A stretch of DNA of 64,000 nucleotides, from assembly GCA_900320185.1 (NCBI GenBank), contig ONRD01000004.1, positions 11,234 to 75,233 on the forward strand, written 5' to 3'. The position numbers and the translations under genes are program-made. This DNA comes from an uncultured Bacteroidales bacterium (GTDB lineage: Bacteria > Bacteroidota > Bacteroidia > Bacteroidales > UBA932). The notes beneath the pieces are model-generated. The model was given only the letters and a program-made list of their open reading frames with translations. It did no database searches and was not told where the DNA came from. Below, in pieces: positions 34,282 through 44,126 of this stretch (position 1 is its first letter; each line of letters opens with the position of its first letter).

Positions 34282-36723
34282 ATGAAAAACTACAAAAGAC
34301 TGTGTCTGGCAACAGCCGCCATGATCTTGACCGTCCTGCAGGCAGGGAGTCAGGCTCTCCATGCACAGGTGCGCAGGACAAGTGTCACGGTCAGCGGGCA
34401 CATTACCGACAAGGACACCGGAGAATCCCTGATAGGGGCAGGTGCGGTGACAGGCGATGGAGGATCCTCCGCTTCGCGTACAGGCACGGTGACCAACGAC
34501 TACGGTTTCTACTCCATGACCATTCCGGCCGGGAAAGTAAAGATAATATATTCCTACATCGGCTACGGACAGGAGACCGTGACGGCTGACCTTCAGAGGG
34601 ATACCACCATCGACATAGCCATGGAGGCCAATTCCACGATGGCTGAGGCCGTGGTCTCGGCCAACCGGGAATCCGGGATCCAGTCCACCAGGATGAGCGC
34701 CGTGGAGATCCCTATGAACATGATCAGGAACACCCCCTCGCTGTTCGGGGAAGCCGATGTCCTGAAGACCGTCCAGCTGATGCCCGGGGTCCAGAGCGGA
34801 GCCGAAGGCTTTTCGGGAATATATGTCCGCGGGGGCGGACCTGACGAGAACCTGCTGCTTCTGGACGGGATTCCCCTCTACAACGCAGAGCACATGCTGG
34901 GACTCTTCTCCGTCTTCCAGAGCGAAGCCGTCAAGAAGGTCACCTTGTACAAAGGCTCCTTCCCGGCCCGCTACGGCGGCAGGACCTCCAGCATCATCGA
35001 CGTCCGGACCAACGACGGGAACATGTACGAGACCCACGGGACCGTCGGGGTCGGGGCAATCAGCGACAAGTTCCATCTCGAGGGCCCGGTCCTTAAGGGC
35101 AGGACCGCCTATTCCGTTAGCCTGAGGGGGATGCACACATTCCTCTTCGACAGGATCCTGAGGGCCTTCGACATCCCGGCGAACTATTATTTCTACGATT
35201 TCAACGCCAAGCTCACCCACAGGCTGGGGAAGAAGGACCGTCTCTTCCTCAACTTCTATGACGGAAGGGACATCTTCTACTTCAAGGACGAGGATGAAGA
35301 CGGCTCTGCGCAAGACGGGAGCACATGGACCTACGGGAACAGGAGCGACATAAAGTGGGGGAACACAGTCGCCGCGGCACGGTGGAACCACGTCTTCAAC
35401 GGGAGGCTGTTCTCCAATGCCACCTTGGCCTGGACCGGTTACCGGATGGACATGGGGTTCAAGACCAGCGAGAGCAGCCTCTCGGACGGGAAGAAGACTA
35501 CTTACGACTACAAGTTCAACTACCAGTCAGGGCTCAGGGACATCACTGCCAAGGTCGACTTCGACTACACTCCATCCCCCTCCCACCAGGTAAGGTTCGG
35601 CGGGGAATATGTCCACCACACCTACATCCCGGAGACCTACACCACCATAGAACACCAGGCCGAGGGCGGGAAGGCGGTTGTCGACACCACCATCGCGAAC
35701 CACAGGAACAAGGCAAGCCACGGGCATGAATATTCCATCTTCATCGAGGACGACTTCAACGTCGGCGACATCTTCACCCTGAACCCCGGCATGCACCTGA
35801 GCATGTTCGTCACAGGAGGCAGGACCTACTGGTCCCCTGAGCCCAGGGTGTCGGTGAAGGCTTCACTGGGGAAGGGGTTCGTGGCCAAGGCGGCATATTC
35901 AAGGATGGCGCAGTACGTGCACCTGCTTTCTTCGGCGCGGATCACCCTGCCCCTGGACCTATGGGTGCCCATCACGAGGAAGATCAGGCCGGTCACCTCC
36001 GACCAGGTATCCCTGGGGCTCTACCACGAAGGCCTGCGTGGGTGGGAGTTCTCAGTGGAGGCCTACCTCAAGAAGATGGACAACGTGCTGGAGTACAAGG
36101 ACGGCGTCTCTTTCCTCGCGAACTCGCAAGGCTGGGAAGACAACGTCGTAATGGGGTCAGGAAGCGCCCGGGGCATCGAACTGTTCATCCAGAAGACGAT
36201 GGGCAGGACCACCGGCTGGCTGGGCTACACGCTCGCATGGAGCGACAGGATATTCCCCGACGGCTCGATCAACAACGGTGAGCGATTCCCCTACCGCTAC
36301 GACCGCCGGCACAACATCTCCCTGGTACTGAACCAGCAGTTCGGCACCCACGTGGACCTGAGCGCTACCTGGCAGTTCGCTACCGGAGGCACAACGACGG
36401 TGCCTGAAAGGGAGGTTGCATTCGAGCAGCCAGACGGCACCTTCGTCCAGGTCGACTATGCGCCCCATCGCAACAACTACCGCCTTCCTCCGAGCCACAG
36501 GCTCAATGTCGGCATCAACCTCCACATTCCGCGCAGCAGCGGAGAAAGCATCTGGAACATAAGCGTTTACAACACTTACAACAGGATGAATCCCAACTTC
36601 GTATTCTATAGTTCCGGCGAACGCTACATCTCCGGGACCGGCCTCTATTACAGGAACGAAAAGTTGAAGGCACTCACGCTCCTTCCCATCATCCCTTCGA
36701 TTGGATACACACGAAAATTCTAA
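34282..36723 (+). CDS. TonB-dependent receptor with an N-terminal carboxypeptidase-regulatory-like domain
   Basis: Start at MKNYKRLCLATAAMILTVLQAGSQALHAQ (ATG 34282), giving 813 aa. It has a CarboxypepD_reg-like segment (VSGHITDKDTGESLIGAG), a plug (DVLKTVQLMPGVQSG..GIYVRGGGPDENLLLLDGIPLYN) and a terminal ..YTRKF. Confidence 0.85.
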   Translation: MKNYKRLCLATAAMILTVLQAGSQALHAQVRRTSVTVSGHITDKDTGESLIGAGAVTGDGGSSASRTGTVTNDYGFYSMTIPAGKVKIIYSYIGYGQETVTADLQRDTTIDIAMEANSTMAEAVVSANRESGIQSTRMSAVEIPMNMIRNTPSLFGEADVLKTVQLMPGVQSGAEGFSGIYVRGGGPDENLLLLDGIPLYNAEHMLGLFSVFQSEAVKKVTLYKGSFPARYGGRTSSIIDVRTNDGNMYETHGTVGVGAISDKFHLEGPVLKGRTAYSVSLRGMHTFLFDRILRAFDIPANYYFYDFNAKLTHRLGKKDRLFLNFYDGRDIFYFKDEDEDGSAQDGSTWTYGNRSDIKWGNTVAAARWNHVFNGRLFSNATLAWTGYRMDMGFKTSESSLSDGKKTTYDYKFNYQSGLRDITAKVDFDYTPSPSHQVRFGGEYVHHTYIPETYTTIEHQAEGGKAVVDTTIANHRNKASHGHEYSIFIEDDFNVGDIFTLNPGMHLSMFVTGGRTYWSPEPRVSVKASLGKGFVAKAAYSRMAQYVHLLSSARITLPLDLWVPITRKIRPVTSDQVSLGLYHEGLRGWEFSVEAYLKKMDNVLEYKDGVSFLANSQGWEDNVVMGSGSARGIELFIQKTMGRTTGWLGYTLAWSDRIFPDGSINNGERFPYRYDRRHNISLVLNQQFGTHVDLSATWQFATGGTTTVPEREVAFEQPDGTFVQVDYAPHRNNYRLPPSHRLNVGINLHIPRSSGESIWNISVYNTYNRMNPNFVFYSSGERYISGTGLYYRNEKLKALTLLPIIPSIGYTRKF

Positions 36724-36727
36724 GGAC

Positions 36728-37837
36728 ATGAGATCCATTGTAAAGACCCTGGCAATCATTGCAGCCGCCATTTCACTGCCAGGCTGCGTCAACGAGATCG
36801 AATGGCATCGCAAGGACGAAGGAAAGAGCCTCGTGATGAACGCCCAGCTGAGCTCAGCTGATTCGCTCCACTGCATCTACCTGTCCATAGGTGACTACAG
36901 CACCGTGGAATCCATATCCGACGGCGCTGTGAAATGCTTCGTCAACGGTTCCCTGGCAGCTGAAGGCACGGCCTTGGACGGGGAAGACGAGTCTTACCTG
37001 AAAGACGACCGTTTCATCCAGCTGGCGAGCGGAAGCATGCCTTCCATGATGCGTCAGTCAAGGTTCATCGTGAAAGCTTCCTTCAAGCCCGGAGACCTGG
37101 TGAGGATCGAGGCAACGGCTGTTGGCGGGAAATACTCCGCCTGGACGGAAGTCAGGGTCCCGCAGGCACCCTCATGCACCGTCTCCGACACGACCATGAC
37201 CTCCGAAGGGGAAAGGTCTTCCTTCCCGGTAGTGGCGATAAGGGTCAAAGGCAATGACGTTTCCGACGGAAGGGACTGTTTCCGCCTCACCGCAGGGGTG
37301 TCCGGGGAAGCGGAAGCCGTCCATGGCGACGGCACCGGCAACTGGATAAGGGTCCCGTACAGCTTCCCGGAAAAGTCCGTGCGGATCGACAAGGGCAACG
37401 ACCCTATCCTGTGCGACGGGGTCCCCGGTTCCGACCTGGACCTTTTCGGAGCCGGCCAGAACAATTTCCTGGTGTTCTCAGACCAGCTTTTCGACAACGG
37501 GAGTTTCGAGTTCGGATTCAAGGTCGGTGCGGCTGATGTCCTCCTTCCCGGAGAATCGATCGGCGAACCGTGCGATACCCTTTGCCTGGAATCCACCCTC
37601 CGCGTCCATGTGTGGGGCATAACCAAGGAAGAGTACCACTACCTCAAGGCGCTCAGCATCTATGAATACAACGAAGGAGACATCTCCCTGACGGAGCCTG
37701 TCTCCTTCCCTGACAATGTAGAGGGCGGCGTCGGGATCGTAAGCATCGCAACGCCCGGCGAATGCACCGTGACATTCAGGCGACGCTACCCCCGTTACGG
37801 AATCCTCTATCAGCCTGTCAGTCCTGACCTGCCTTGA
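36728..37837 (+). CDS. DUF4249-like lipoprotein, partner of the preceding TonB-dependent receptor
   Basis: Start at MRSIVKTLAIIAAAISLPGC, 4 nt after the receptor stop, giving 369 aa. This receptor + lipoprotein pairing is common in Bacteroidota (from memory). Confidence 0.5.
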   Translation: MRSIVKTLAIIAAAISLPGCVNEIEWHRKDEGKSLVMNAQLSSADSLHCIYLSIGDYSTVESISDGAVKCFVNGSLAAEGTALDGEDESYLKDDRFIQLASGSMPSMMRQSRFIVKASFKPGDLVRIEATAVGGKYSAWTEVRVPQAPSCTVSDTTMTSEGERSSFPVVAIRVKGNDVSDGRDCFRLTAGVSGEAEAVHGDGTGNWIRVPYSFPEKSVRIDKGNDPILCDGVPGSDLDLFGAGQNNFLVFSDQLFDNGSFEFGFKVGAADVLLPGESIGEPCDTLCLESTLRVHVWGITKEEYHYLKALSIYEYNEGDISLTEPVSFPDNVEGGVGIVSIATPGECTVTFRRRYPRYGILYQPVSPDLP

Positions 37838-38369
37838 CGATGATCTCCATGCCCTTGCGGATGGCCTCCTCGTTCTTGGGAATAAGGTGGTGGTGACGCT
37901 CGGGAAGAGTCTTGCGCAAGGCCGCCAGGACGCTGTCGATCTTGACGACGGGGTGGATCTTGAGCAGTCCGCCCAGCACGATCATGTTGAACGTCTTGAT
38001 GAGGTTCATCTCGGCGGCTGCGTCCATCGCATCTATCCTGTAGACATTGATGTCCTTCCTCGTAGGAGGCTCGTTGATGCCGTAACCGTCGTAGATGAGG
38101 GTACCTCCCTTCTTGACCTTGGGCTCGAACTTCTCGAGGGAAGGCTGGTTGAGGACGATCGCGGTGTCATAGCTGGAGAGGATGGGCGACGACACGGGAT
38201 CGTCGCTGACGATGACCGTCACGTTGGCGGTACCGCCTCTCTGCTCCGGTCCGTAAGCCGGCATCCAAGTGACCTCCTTGCCTTCCATGAGTCCGGCATA
38301 GGCGAGGATCTTGCCCATTGAGAGGACTCCCTGTCCTCCGAATCCTGCAATGATGATTTCTTCTGTCAT
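37818..38369 (-). CDS. 2-oxoacid:ferredoxin oxidoreductase, gamma subunit
   Basis: Start at MTEEIIIAGFGGQGVLSMGKILA (ATG 38369), giving 183 aa. This is the typical gamma-subunit N-terminus. Confidence 0.85.
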   Translation of the reverse strand: MTEEIIIAGFGGQGVLSMGKILAYAGLMEGKEVTWMPAYGPEQRGGTANVTVIVSDDPVSSPILSSYDTAIVLNQPSLEKFEPKVKKGGTLIYDGYGINEPPTRKDINVYRIDAMDAAAEMNLIKTFNMIVLGGLLKIHPVVKIDSVLAALRKTLPERHHHLIPKNEEAIRKGMEIIVKAGQD

Positions 38370-38382
38370 TTCCGGGTCCTCC

Positions 38383-39156
38383 TTATTTTGCAGCTCCGGT
38401 GTCCTTGAGGTCACCAAGCTGATAGAACTTGAACATGTTCTCCTCCATCCACTTGTTCGCCTTCTCCGGGCTCATCTTCCAGCCTGAGTTGCAGGTGGAA
38501 ACGATCTCCACGAGATTCGATCCCCTGCCCTGCATCGAGTATTCGAATGCCTTCCTGATAGCCTTCTTCGCACGGTTGATCGCGGCAACCGTGTGGACGG
38601 ACTGGCGTGTCACGTAGCATGTTCCGTCGAGGGTCGCTGCGATCTCGGTGATCTTGAGCGGATAGCCGTGCAGGCTCACCTCCCTGCCGTAGGGGCAGGT
38701 AGCCGTCTTCATGCCCAGGAGCGTGGTCGGGGCCATCTGGCCTCCGGTCATTCCGTAGATGGCGTTGTTGATGAATATGATCGTGATGTTCTCGGCACGG
38801 TTGAGGGCGTGGATAGTCTCGGCGGTTCCGATGCAGGCAAGGTCGCCGTCACCCTGATAGGTGAAGACCAGCCTGTCCGGCCACAGACGCTTGGCTGCGG
38901 TAGCAAGGGCCGGAGCCCTTCCGTGGGCGGCCTCCTGCCAGTCGACGTCGATGTACTTGTAGGCGAAGACCGCACAGCCGACAGGTGAGATTGCAATCGT
39001 CTTCTCGGTCATTCCCATCTCCTGGATGACCTCGGCGACCAGTTTGTGCACTACTCCATGGCTGCAGCCGGGGCAGTAATGCATCGGAACGTCATTGAGG
39101 AGGTCGGGTTTCTTTGCGACCACTGTGCCTTTCTCGATTATTTCTTCTCTTGTCAT
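38383..39156 (-). CDS. 2-oxoacid:ferredoxin oxidoreductase, beta (TPP-binding) subunit
   Basis: 257 aa with the motifs HYCPGCSHG and GDGD..GGQMAPTT. Confidence 0.85.
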   Translation of the reverse strand: MTREEIIEKGTVVAKKPDLLNDVPMHYCPGCSHGVVHKLVAEVIQEMGMTEKTIAISPVGCAVFAYKYIDVDWQEAAHGRAPALATAAKRLWPDRLVFTYQGDGDLACIGTAETIHALNRAENITIIFINNAIYGMTGGQMAPTTLLGMKTATCPYGREVSLHGYPLKITEIAATLDGTCYVTRQSVHTVAAINRAKKAIRKAFEYSMQGRGSNLVEIVSTCNSGWKMSPEKANKWMEENMFKFYQLGDLKDTGAAK

Positions 39157-39168
39157 GGCATTTCCTTT

Positions 39169-40254
39169 TTAAAACATGTTCCTGAGGGCTTCGACAACCT
39201 CGTCCGGATCGGGAATGATTCCTCCCAGACGGCCGAAATGCCTGACGGGGGCATTGCCGCCTGCGGCAAGCATGATGTCTTCAACCATCTGGCCGGCATT
39301 GATTTCGAGCGAAAGGATGCCCTTGACCTTCTGCGAGAGACGGGCTACCTCCCGGGAAGGGAACGGCCAGAGAGTGATGGGACGCAGGAGGCCTACCTTG
39401 AGTCCCTGCGCACGGGCGATCTCGATGCTCTTCTTCGCGATACGCGCCGCGGAACCGAAGGCCACGATCGCATATTCGGCATCGTCGAGCATGAATTCTT
39501 CGTAGCGTACTTCTTTCTCCTCTATCTCGCGGTACTTGGCCTGGATGCGGAGATTGATCACCTCCATCTCCTCGGAGCGGAGTTCGAGGGAAGTGATGAT
39601 GTTCGGCTTCCTCATGCCGACCCGTCCGGTAGTAGCCCAGGGGCACTCGCGGATGATCTCCTCCTCGGTGCGGCGAGGCTTGAAAGGAGGAAGGACGACC
39701 TTCTCCATCATCTGGCCGATGGCACCGTCCGCCATGATCATGGCAGGGTTCCTGTAGCGGAACGCGAGTTCGAAGGCAAGATCCACGAAATCAGCCATTT
39801 CCTGAACGGATGCAGGAGCCAGGACAATCAGGTGGTAATCCCCGTGTCCGCCGCCCTTGCAGGCCTGGAAATAGTCTGACTGGCTGGGCTGGATGGTTCC
39901 GAGTCCGGGACCGCCGCGCATCACGTTCACGATCAAGGCCGGAAGCTCGGCTCCCGCCATGTAGGATATTCCTTCCTGCATCAGGCTTACGCCCGGGCTG
40001 GAAGAAGATGTCATTACCCTCTTGCCGGTAGCGGCACCGCCATAGACCATGTTGATCGAGGCGACCTCGCTTTCAGCCTGGAGGACCACCATTCCCGTAG
40101 TCTCCCAAGGCTTTTCGGCGGCAAGGGTCTCGAGGACCTCGGACTGAGGGGTGATAGGGTAACCGAAGTAACCGTCGCAACCGCAGCGGATCGCGGCGTG
40201 GGCAATGGCCTCATTGCCTTTCATCAATGTGATTTCCTGATCTGCCATAATCAT
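39169..40254 (-). CDS. 2-oxoacid:ferredoxin oxidoreductase, alpha subunit (VorB/KorA-like)
   Basis: 361 aa starting ..LMKGNEAIAHAAIRCGCDGYFGYPITPQSE... The start overlaps the delta-subunit stop (ATGA). An alternative Met is at 40248. Confidence 0.85.
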   Translation of the reverse strand: MIMADQEITLMKGNEAIAHAAIRCGCDGYFGYPITPQSEVLETLAAEKPWETTGMVVLQAESEVASINMVYGGAATGKRVMTSSSSPGVSLMQEGISYMAGAELPALIVNVMRGGPGLGTIQPSQSDYFQACKGGGHGDYHLIVLAPASVQEMADFVDLAFELAFRYRNPAMIMADGAIGQMMEKVVLPPFKPRRTEEEIIRECPWATTGRVGMRKPNIITSLELRSEEMEVINLRIQAKYREIEEKEVRYEEFMLDDAEYAIVAFGSAARIAKKSIEIARAQGLKVGLLRPITLWPFPSREVARLSQKVKGILSLEINAGQMVEDIMLAAGGNAPVRHFGRLGGIIPDPDEVVEALRNMF

Positions 40255-40481
40255 TCGGTTTTAAGACGGTAAACGGTAATGCACCCGTCCGGGCAGACGG
40301 TAGCGCATGAAGCGCAGCCCGTGCAGGTGTCTGACAGGACCTCATGGGCGAAGTTGTAGCCCTTGCGGTTCACTTCCTTGGTCGTTAGAGCAAGGACGTC
40401 GAGCGGACATGCGACGACACAGAGATTGCAACCTTTGCATCTCTCGGTGTCGACCACGGTCGCTCCTCTCATTTTTGCCAT
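40251..40481 (-). CDS. 4Fe-4S dicluster ferredoxin-like delta subunit of the oxidoreductase
   Basis: Start at MAKMRGATVV (ATG 40481), giving 76 aa. Two cluster motifs are present: CKGCNLCVVACP and CTGCASCATVCP. Confidence 0.8.
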   Translation of the reverse strand: MAKMRGATVVDTERCKGCNLCVVACPLDVLALTTKEVNRKGYNFAHEVLSDTCTGCASCATVCPDGCITVYRLKTE

Positions 40482-40497
40482 AATACCTAGTTTTGCT

Positions 40498-40767
40498 TTA
40501 TTGGTTGTACATGTCTTTGTTGTAGAAGTCAAGGATCTCATTGGCGATCCGGAGGGCGTTGGCGGCAGGGCTCCGGGGGTTTATCTCGATGGCCTCAAGG
40601 TAGTTGTTGATCGCTCCCTGCCAGTCTCCCTTCTTCCTGTAGGCATTGCCCCTGAGATAGAATGCACGGTCATCCGGACCTGCCGCAAGCCTTTCGTCCA
40701 AGGCGGCCATGGCCTCGTCCGTCCTCCCCTCCTTGAGGAGTTCCTCTATGCGGGAGAGGTCGAGCAT
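40498..40767 (-). CDS. small TPR-repeat protein
   Basis: Start at MLDLSRIEELLKEGR (ATG 40767, 1 nt after the ilvE stop), giving 89 aa. It has a TPR-like segment YLRGNAYRKKGDWQGAINNYLEAIEINP. Confidence 0.6.
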   Translation of the reverse strand: MLDLSRIEELLKEGRTDEAMAALDERLAAGPDDRAFYLRGNAYRKKGDWQGAINNYLEAIEINPRSPAANALRIANEILDFYNKDMYNQ

Positions 40768-40768
40768 C

Positions 40769-41815
40769 TCACTCGTCGATGAACAAGCACCAGCCGCGGG
40801 GATCGGGTTCGAGTCCCCTCTGGATGCCGATGATCTTCCAATAGAGTTTCTCACTCACCGGGCCGCACTTGTCGGGTGAACCGAACTCGTAACGGCGCGT
40901 GACGGCGTTGCCTTCCAGAGTCGGCTTGTCGTCGATGCTGCAGATAGGGGTGATGACGACCGCAGTACCGCAGGAATTGGCTTCGTCGAATTCCGCCAGC
41001 TCCTCGACCTTGATCGGACGCATCTCGACTTTCAGGCCCATGTCCTCAGCGACTGTCCTCAGGCTGTTGTTCGTTATGGAAGGCAGGACGCTGTGGGAGA
41101 GCGGGGTGACATAAGTGTCTCCCTTGATTGCGAAGAAATTCGATGAACCGAATTCCTCAATGGTAGTCTTCGTGGCCGAATCCAGGAACAGGAGTTCGCG
41201 GTAGCCGGCTTTGTGGGCTATGTTATAGGCATGAAGGGACTGGGCATAGTTCGCTCCGAGCTTGTAGCAGCCGGACCCGAAGGTCGAAGCACGGTCATAA
41301 TTCCTTGAGATGACCGCTGTGCCGGGGCACAGGCTCTTGGCTCCCGAATATGTACCCACAGGAGAACACATCACCACGAACATGACGTCGTTGGCGGAAT
41401 GGATGCCAAGCTGGGGGTTGATTCCGAACAGGGCCGGCCTGAGGTAAAGGGAAGCGCTGGATGCCTCATAGGGAGGAAGGTAATCCAGGTTCTCCTTGAC
41501 GCAAGTGACGCACATGTCGATGAACATCTTCTCGGACGGGTAAGGCATGTCGAGGTAGGAAGCGCTGTCGGCCATCCTTTTTGCGTTCATGTCAGGCCTG
41601 AACAGTCGGATCTTTCCATCTGCGCCCCTGAAGGCCTTCAATCCTTCGAAACAGGCCGGTGCGTAATGGAACACGCCGGCGAAAGAACTTAGAGTGATGG
41701 TGAAATCTTCCGAGACGACAGGAGTCTCCCACTTTCCGTCGATGCAACGGCTGTAGACCATCGCACGGGTCTTGGTGTAGCTGAATGAAAGCTTGCTCCA
41801 ATCTATGTTAACCAT
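40769..41815 (-). CDS. ilvE: branched-chain amino acid aminotransferase
   Basis: 348 aa starting ..IDWSKLSFSYTKT.. with the motifs FEGLKAFRGADGKIRLFRP and LYLRPALFG. Confidence 0.9.
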   Translation of the reverse strand: MVNIDWSKLSFSYTKTRAMVYSRCIDGKWETPVVSEDFTITLSSFAGVFHYAPACFEGLKAFRGADGKIRLFRPDMNAKRMADSASYLDMPYPSEKMFIDMCVTCVKENLDYLPPYEASSASLYLRPALFGINPQLGIHSANDVMFVVMCSPVGTYSGAKSLCPGTAVISRNYDRASTFGSGCYKLGANYAQSLHAYNIAHKAGYRELLFLDSATKTTIEEFGSSNFFAIKGDTYVTPLSHSVLPSITNNSLRTVAEDMGLKVEMRPIKVEELAEFDEANSCGTAVVITPICSIDDKPTLEGNAVTRRYEFGSPDKCGPVSEKLYWKIIGIQRGLEPDPRGWCLFIDE

Positions 41816-41837
41816 ATCGTATGTTATTAGTAATGAA

Positions 41838-43022
41838 TCAGTCTTCGATAAGCCTGTACTTGTTGTAGGTGTGGACCTTCGTCTGTCCGCCCAGGATCAT
41901 GTAGCCGTTCTCGGCCAGGCTGTTGATCTCGTCCTCGCCGGGAAAGACCTCGACGGGGGCGATGAATCCGATCTTGGCCGTGATGGCATCCATGAGCATC
42001 TTGCTCCTGGCGATGCCGCCGGTAAGGAGGATCGCATCCACCTTTCCGTCAGCCGTTGCGGCCATCGCGGCGATGTACTTGCAGATGTTGAGCACATATG
42101 CCTTGAGGAAGGTCTGGGCAAGCTGGTTGCCGTCCTTTGCCATGTTCTCGACTTCAAGGAGGCTGTTCGTACCGAAGTAAGCGACGGCACCTCCCCTTCC
42201 CACGAGTTTCTTCTTGATCTCTTCCTTGGTGTACTTCCCGCTGAAGCACATGTCGATCAACTCGAAAGGAGGGCAGCAGCCGGCCCTTTCAGGGGTAATC
42301 GGCCCGTCGCCTCCGAGACCGTGGTTGGTGTCCAGGACGCGGCCGTTCCTGTGGAGGGAGATGGTGGCTCCTCCGCCCATGTGCGCGACAATGAGGGTGG
42401 CGTCGTTGACCTTGCGGCCATGCTCGCGAAGGTACCTCCTCACGATGGCCCTGGAGTTGAGGGCATGGAACAGGGTCTTGCGGGTGAATTCCGGAAGACC
42501 TCCCATCTTGCACTCGGGAAGCATCTCGTCGGCCATGGGAGGGTCTGCCACATAGGCCGTGGTCTCCCCGTAGCGGGGCTTGAGCCCCTTGGCCTTACGG
42601 CTTTCGTTGATCTCCTTCGCGATGTCGTCGGCCAGGACTGCGCTCAGGTTGCATGCATGGACTCCGTCCCTGCAGCTGATCAGCACGTCCCTCATGTCCT
42701 GGTTGACGTTGTACACTCCCGTGACCACCGGCGTGAAAAGGCCTCCACGGGCCATGACGATGTCCACATCCTCAAGGGGAATTCCCTTGTTCGACATGAA
42801 GTCCTTTATCGCCTGGCGACGCATGTCGGACTGGTCCATGACTGAAGGATACCTGGCCACTTCGTCGGCGGTGTGCTCGAGTTTCGTGTCGAAGATCCTC
42901 TCGCCGTCCGAGAAATAGCCGAGTTTGGTGGTCGTGGAACCGGTGTTGATGATCAGGATGTTGCCTTTCTGGGGCGTCCCGTCGGGAGTTGTGACTGTTT
43001 CCATCGATTGCTTTTTTAACAT
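41838..43022 (-). CDS. buk: butyrate (branched-chain acyl) kinase
   Basis: The motifs ILIINTGSTTTKLGYF and VAHMGGGATISLH place it in the ASKHA butyrate kinase family. Start candidates are ATG 43022, ATG 43004 and TTG 43031. Confidence 0.85.
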   Translation of the reverse strand: MLKKQSMETVTTPDGTPQKGNILIINTGSTTTKLGYFSDGERIFDTKLEHTADEVARYPSVMDQSDMRRQAIKDFMSNKGIPLEDVDIVMARGGLFTPVVTGVYNVNQDMRDVLISCRDGVHACNLSAVLADDIAKEINESRKAKGLKPRYGETTAYVADPPMADEMLPECKMGGLPEFTRKTLFHALNSRAIVRRYLREHGRKVNDATLIVAHMGGGATISLHRNGRVLDTNHGLGGDGPITPERAGCCPPFELIDMCFSGKYTKEEIKKKLVGRGGAVAYFGTNSLLEVENMAKDGNQLAQTFLKAYVLNICKYIAAMAATADGKVDAILLTGGIARSKMLMDAITAKIGFIAPVEVFPGEDEINSLAENGYMILGGQTKVHTYNKYRLIED

Positions 43023-43130
43023 CGCACCCAAGATAGTTAATTATTTTTATATTTTTAAAGGTTTTATTCAAAAATTATCACTTTTTTCAAAGATTCTGCA
43101 ATAATCCGGTTGCCGCCGGAGGTGGAAAGG

Positions 43131-43901
43131 TTAAACAATGTCCACGACCCGCAGGATGTTTCCCTCGACCTTGAAACGGATGTCATGCCCGCCGAAAGCC
43201 ATGCCGTACAACCTGTCAGGGTCCTGGCGGCTATAGGCCGGCCTGGGGTCCAGGGACAGGACTTCCGACAACACTCCGAGGTCGAGGCCGGAAGAGAGGG
43301 CGCCGTCAGGGAACACGACCTCGAGAGGCTTCCAGCCGACCGAGTCCACGAAGCCGGAACGGGCACCTTCATGGCTGTCGGCATATGCGAGATAGGGTTT
43401 TATGTCATAGACCGGCGTACCGTCCATCAGGTCCGCACCGACGACATTTATAACCGGTCCGAGCGGAGCGCCGGACGAGTCTGCGGAATCATAATCCACG
43501 GATACCAGCCTGACGGAAGAAAGGCCGAGCCGGTTAGGCCTGAAAGGAGACCTGCTGGCGAAGACTCCGACCCGCTCGTTGCCTCCGAGGCGGGGAGGCC
43601 TTACGGTCGCCCTGAAAGAAGTCTTGTCCGCCGGCTCGGAGCCGGGGGCCGGGCCGGGCCCGCACCCTGGAATGCCGCCGGACGCGCCGGCGGTAGAGGC
43701 GCTTCCTTCCCGGGAAACCCGGGAAAACTCCCAGATCAGCCAGATGTAGTCGAAATCCTCCAGCCCCCGCACGGCTTCGGGGCTCCTGTACTCCGGCTCG
43801 AAGACAATCCTGCCTTCCACCCCTGCGAGGCCGGCCTGCCGCGGTATCCCGAACTTCGTGGCGAACGGCGACCTGAAATGAGCTATCGGCTTTATTTCCA
43901 T
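43131..43901 (-). CDS. trmO: tRNA (N6-threonylcarbamoyladenosine(37)-N6)-methyltransferase TrmO/TsaA
   Basis: Start at MEIKPIAHFRSPF (ATG 43901). The motifs FGIPRQAGL, DYIWLIWEF, VRPPRLGGN, GVFASRSPFRPN and DGTPVYDIKPY are present, along with an extra Gly/Pro/Ala-rich insert. Confidence 0.85.
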   Translation of the reverse strand: MEIKPIAHFRSPFATKFGIPRQAGLAGVEGRIVFEPEYRSPEAVRGLEDFDYIWLIWEFSRVSREGSASTAGASGGIPGCGPGPAPGSEPADKTSFRATVRPPRLGGNERVGVFASRSPFRPNRLGLSSVRLVSVDYDSADSSGAPLGPVINVVGADLMDGTPVYDIKPYLAYADSHEGARSGFVDSVGWKPLEVVFPDGALSSGLDLGVLSEVLSLDPRPAYSRQDPDRLYGMAFGGHDIRFKVEGNILRVVDIV

Positions 43902-44126
43902 TTCCTTCAACACTCCTTGTCCCGAGGGACGCTTCAAATAATCGTATAAAGATAACAATTATTTGCCAAACGACGAAGCCCCTGTGGCCGCTCCGGCGGC
44001 AGGATCCGGCCATCCGGAACATCCGCGGCAAGTTCCGGGTCCGGGACAGGGCGCGGACCGGCGGGATGGCGGAAAATGTTGGAAATTTGCCCGAAGTGAG
44101 CGATATTTGCAGGAAACGGACTCAAC

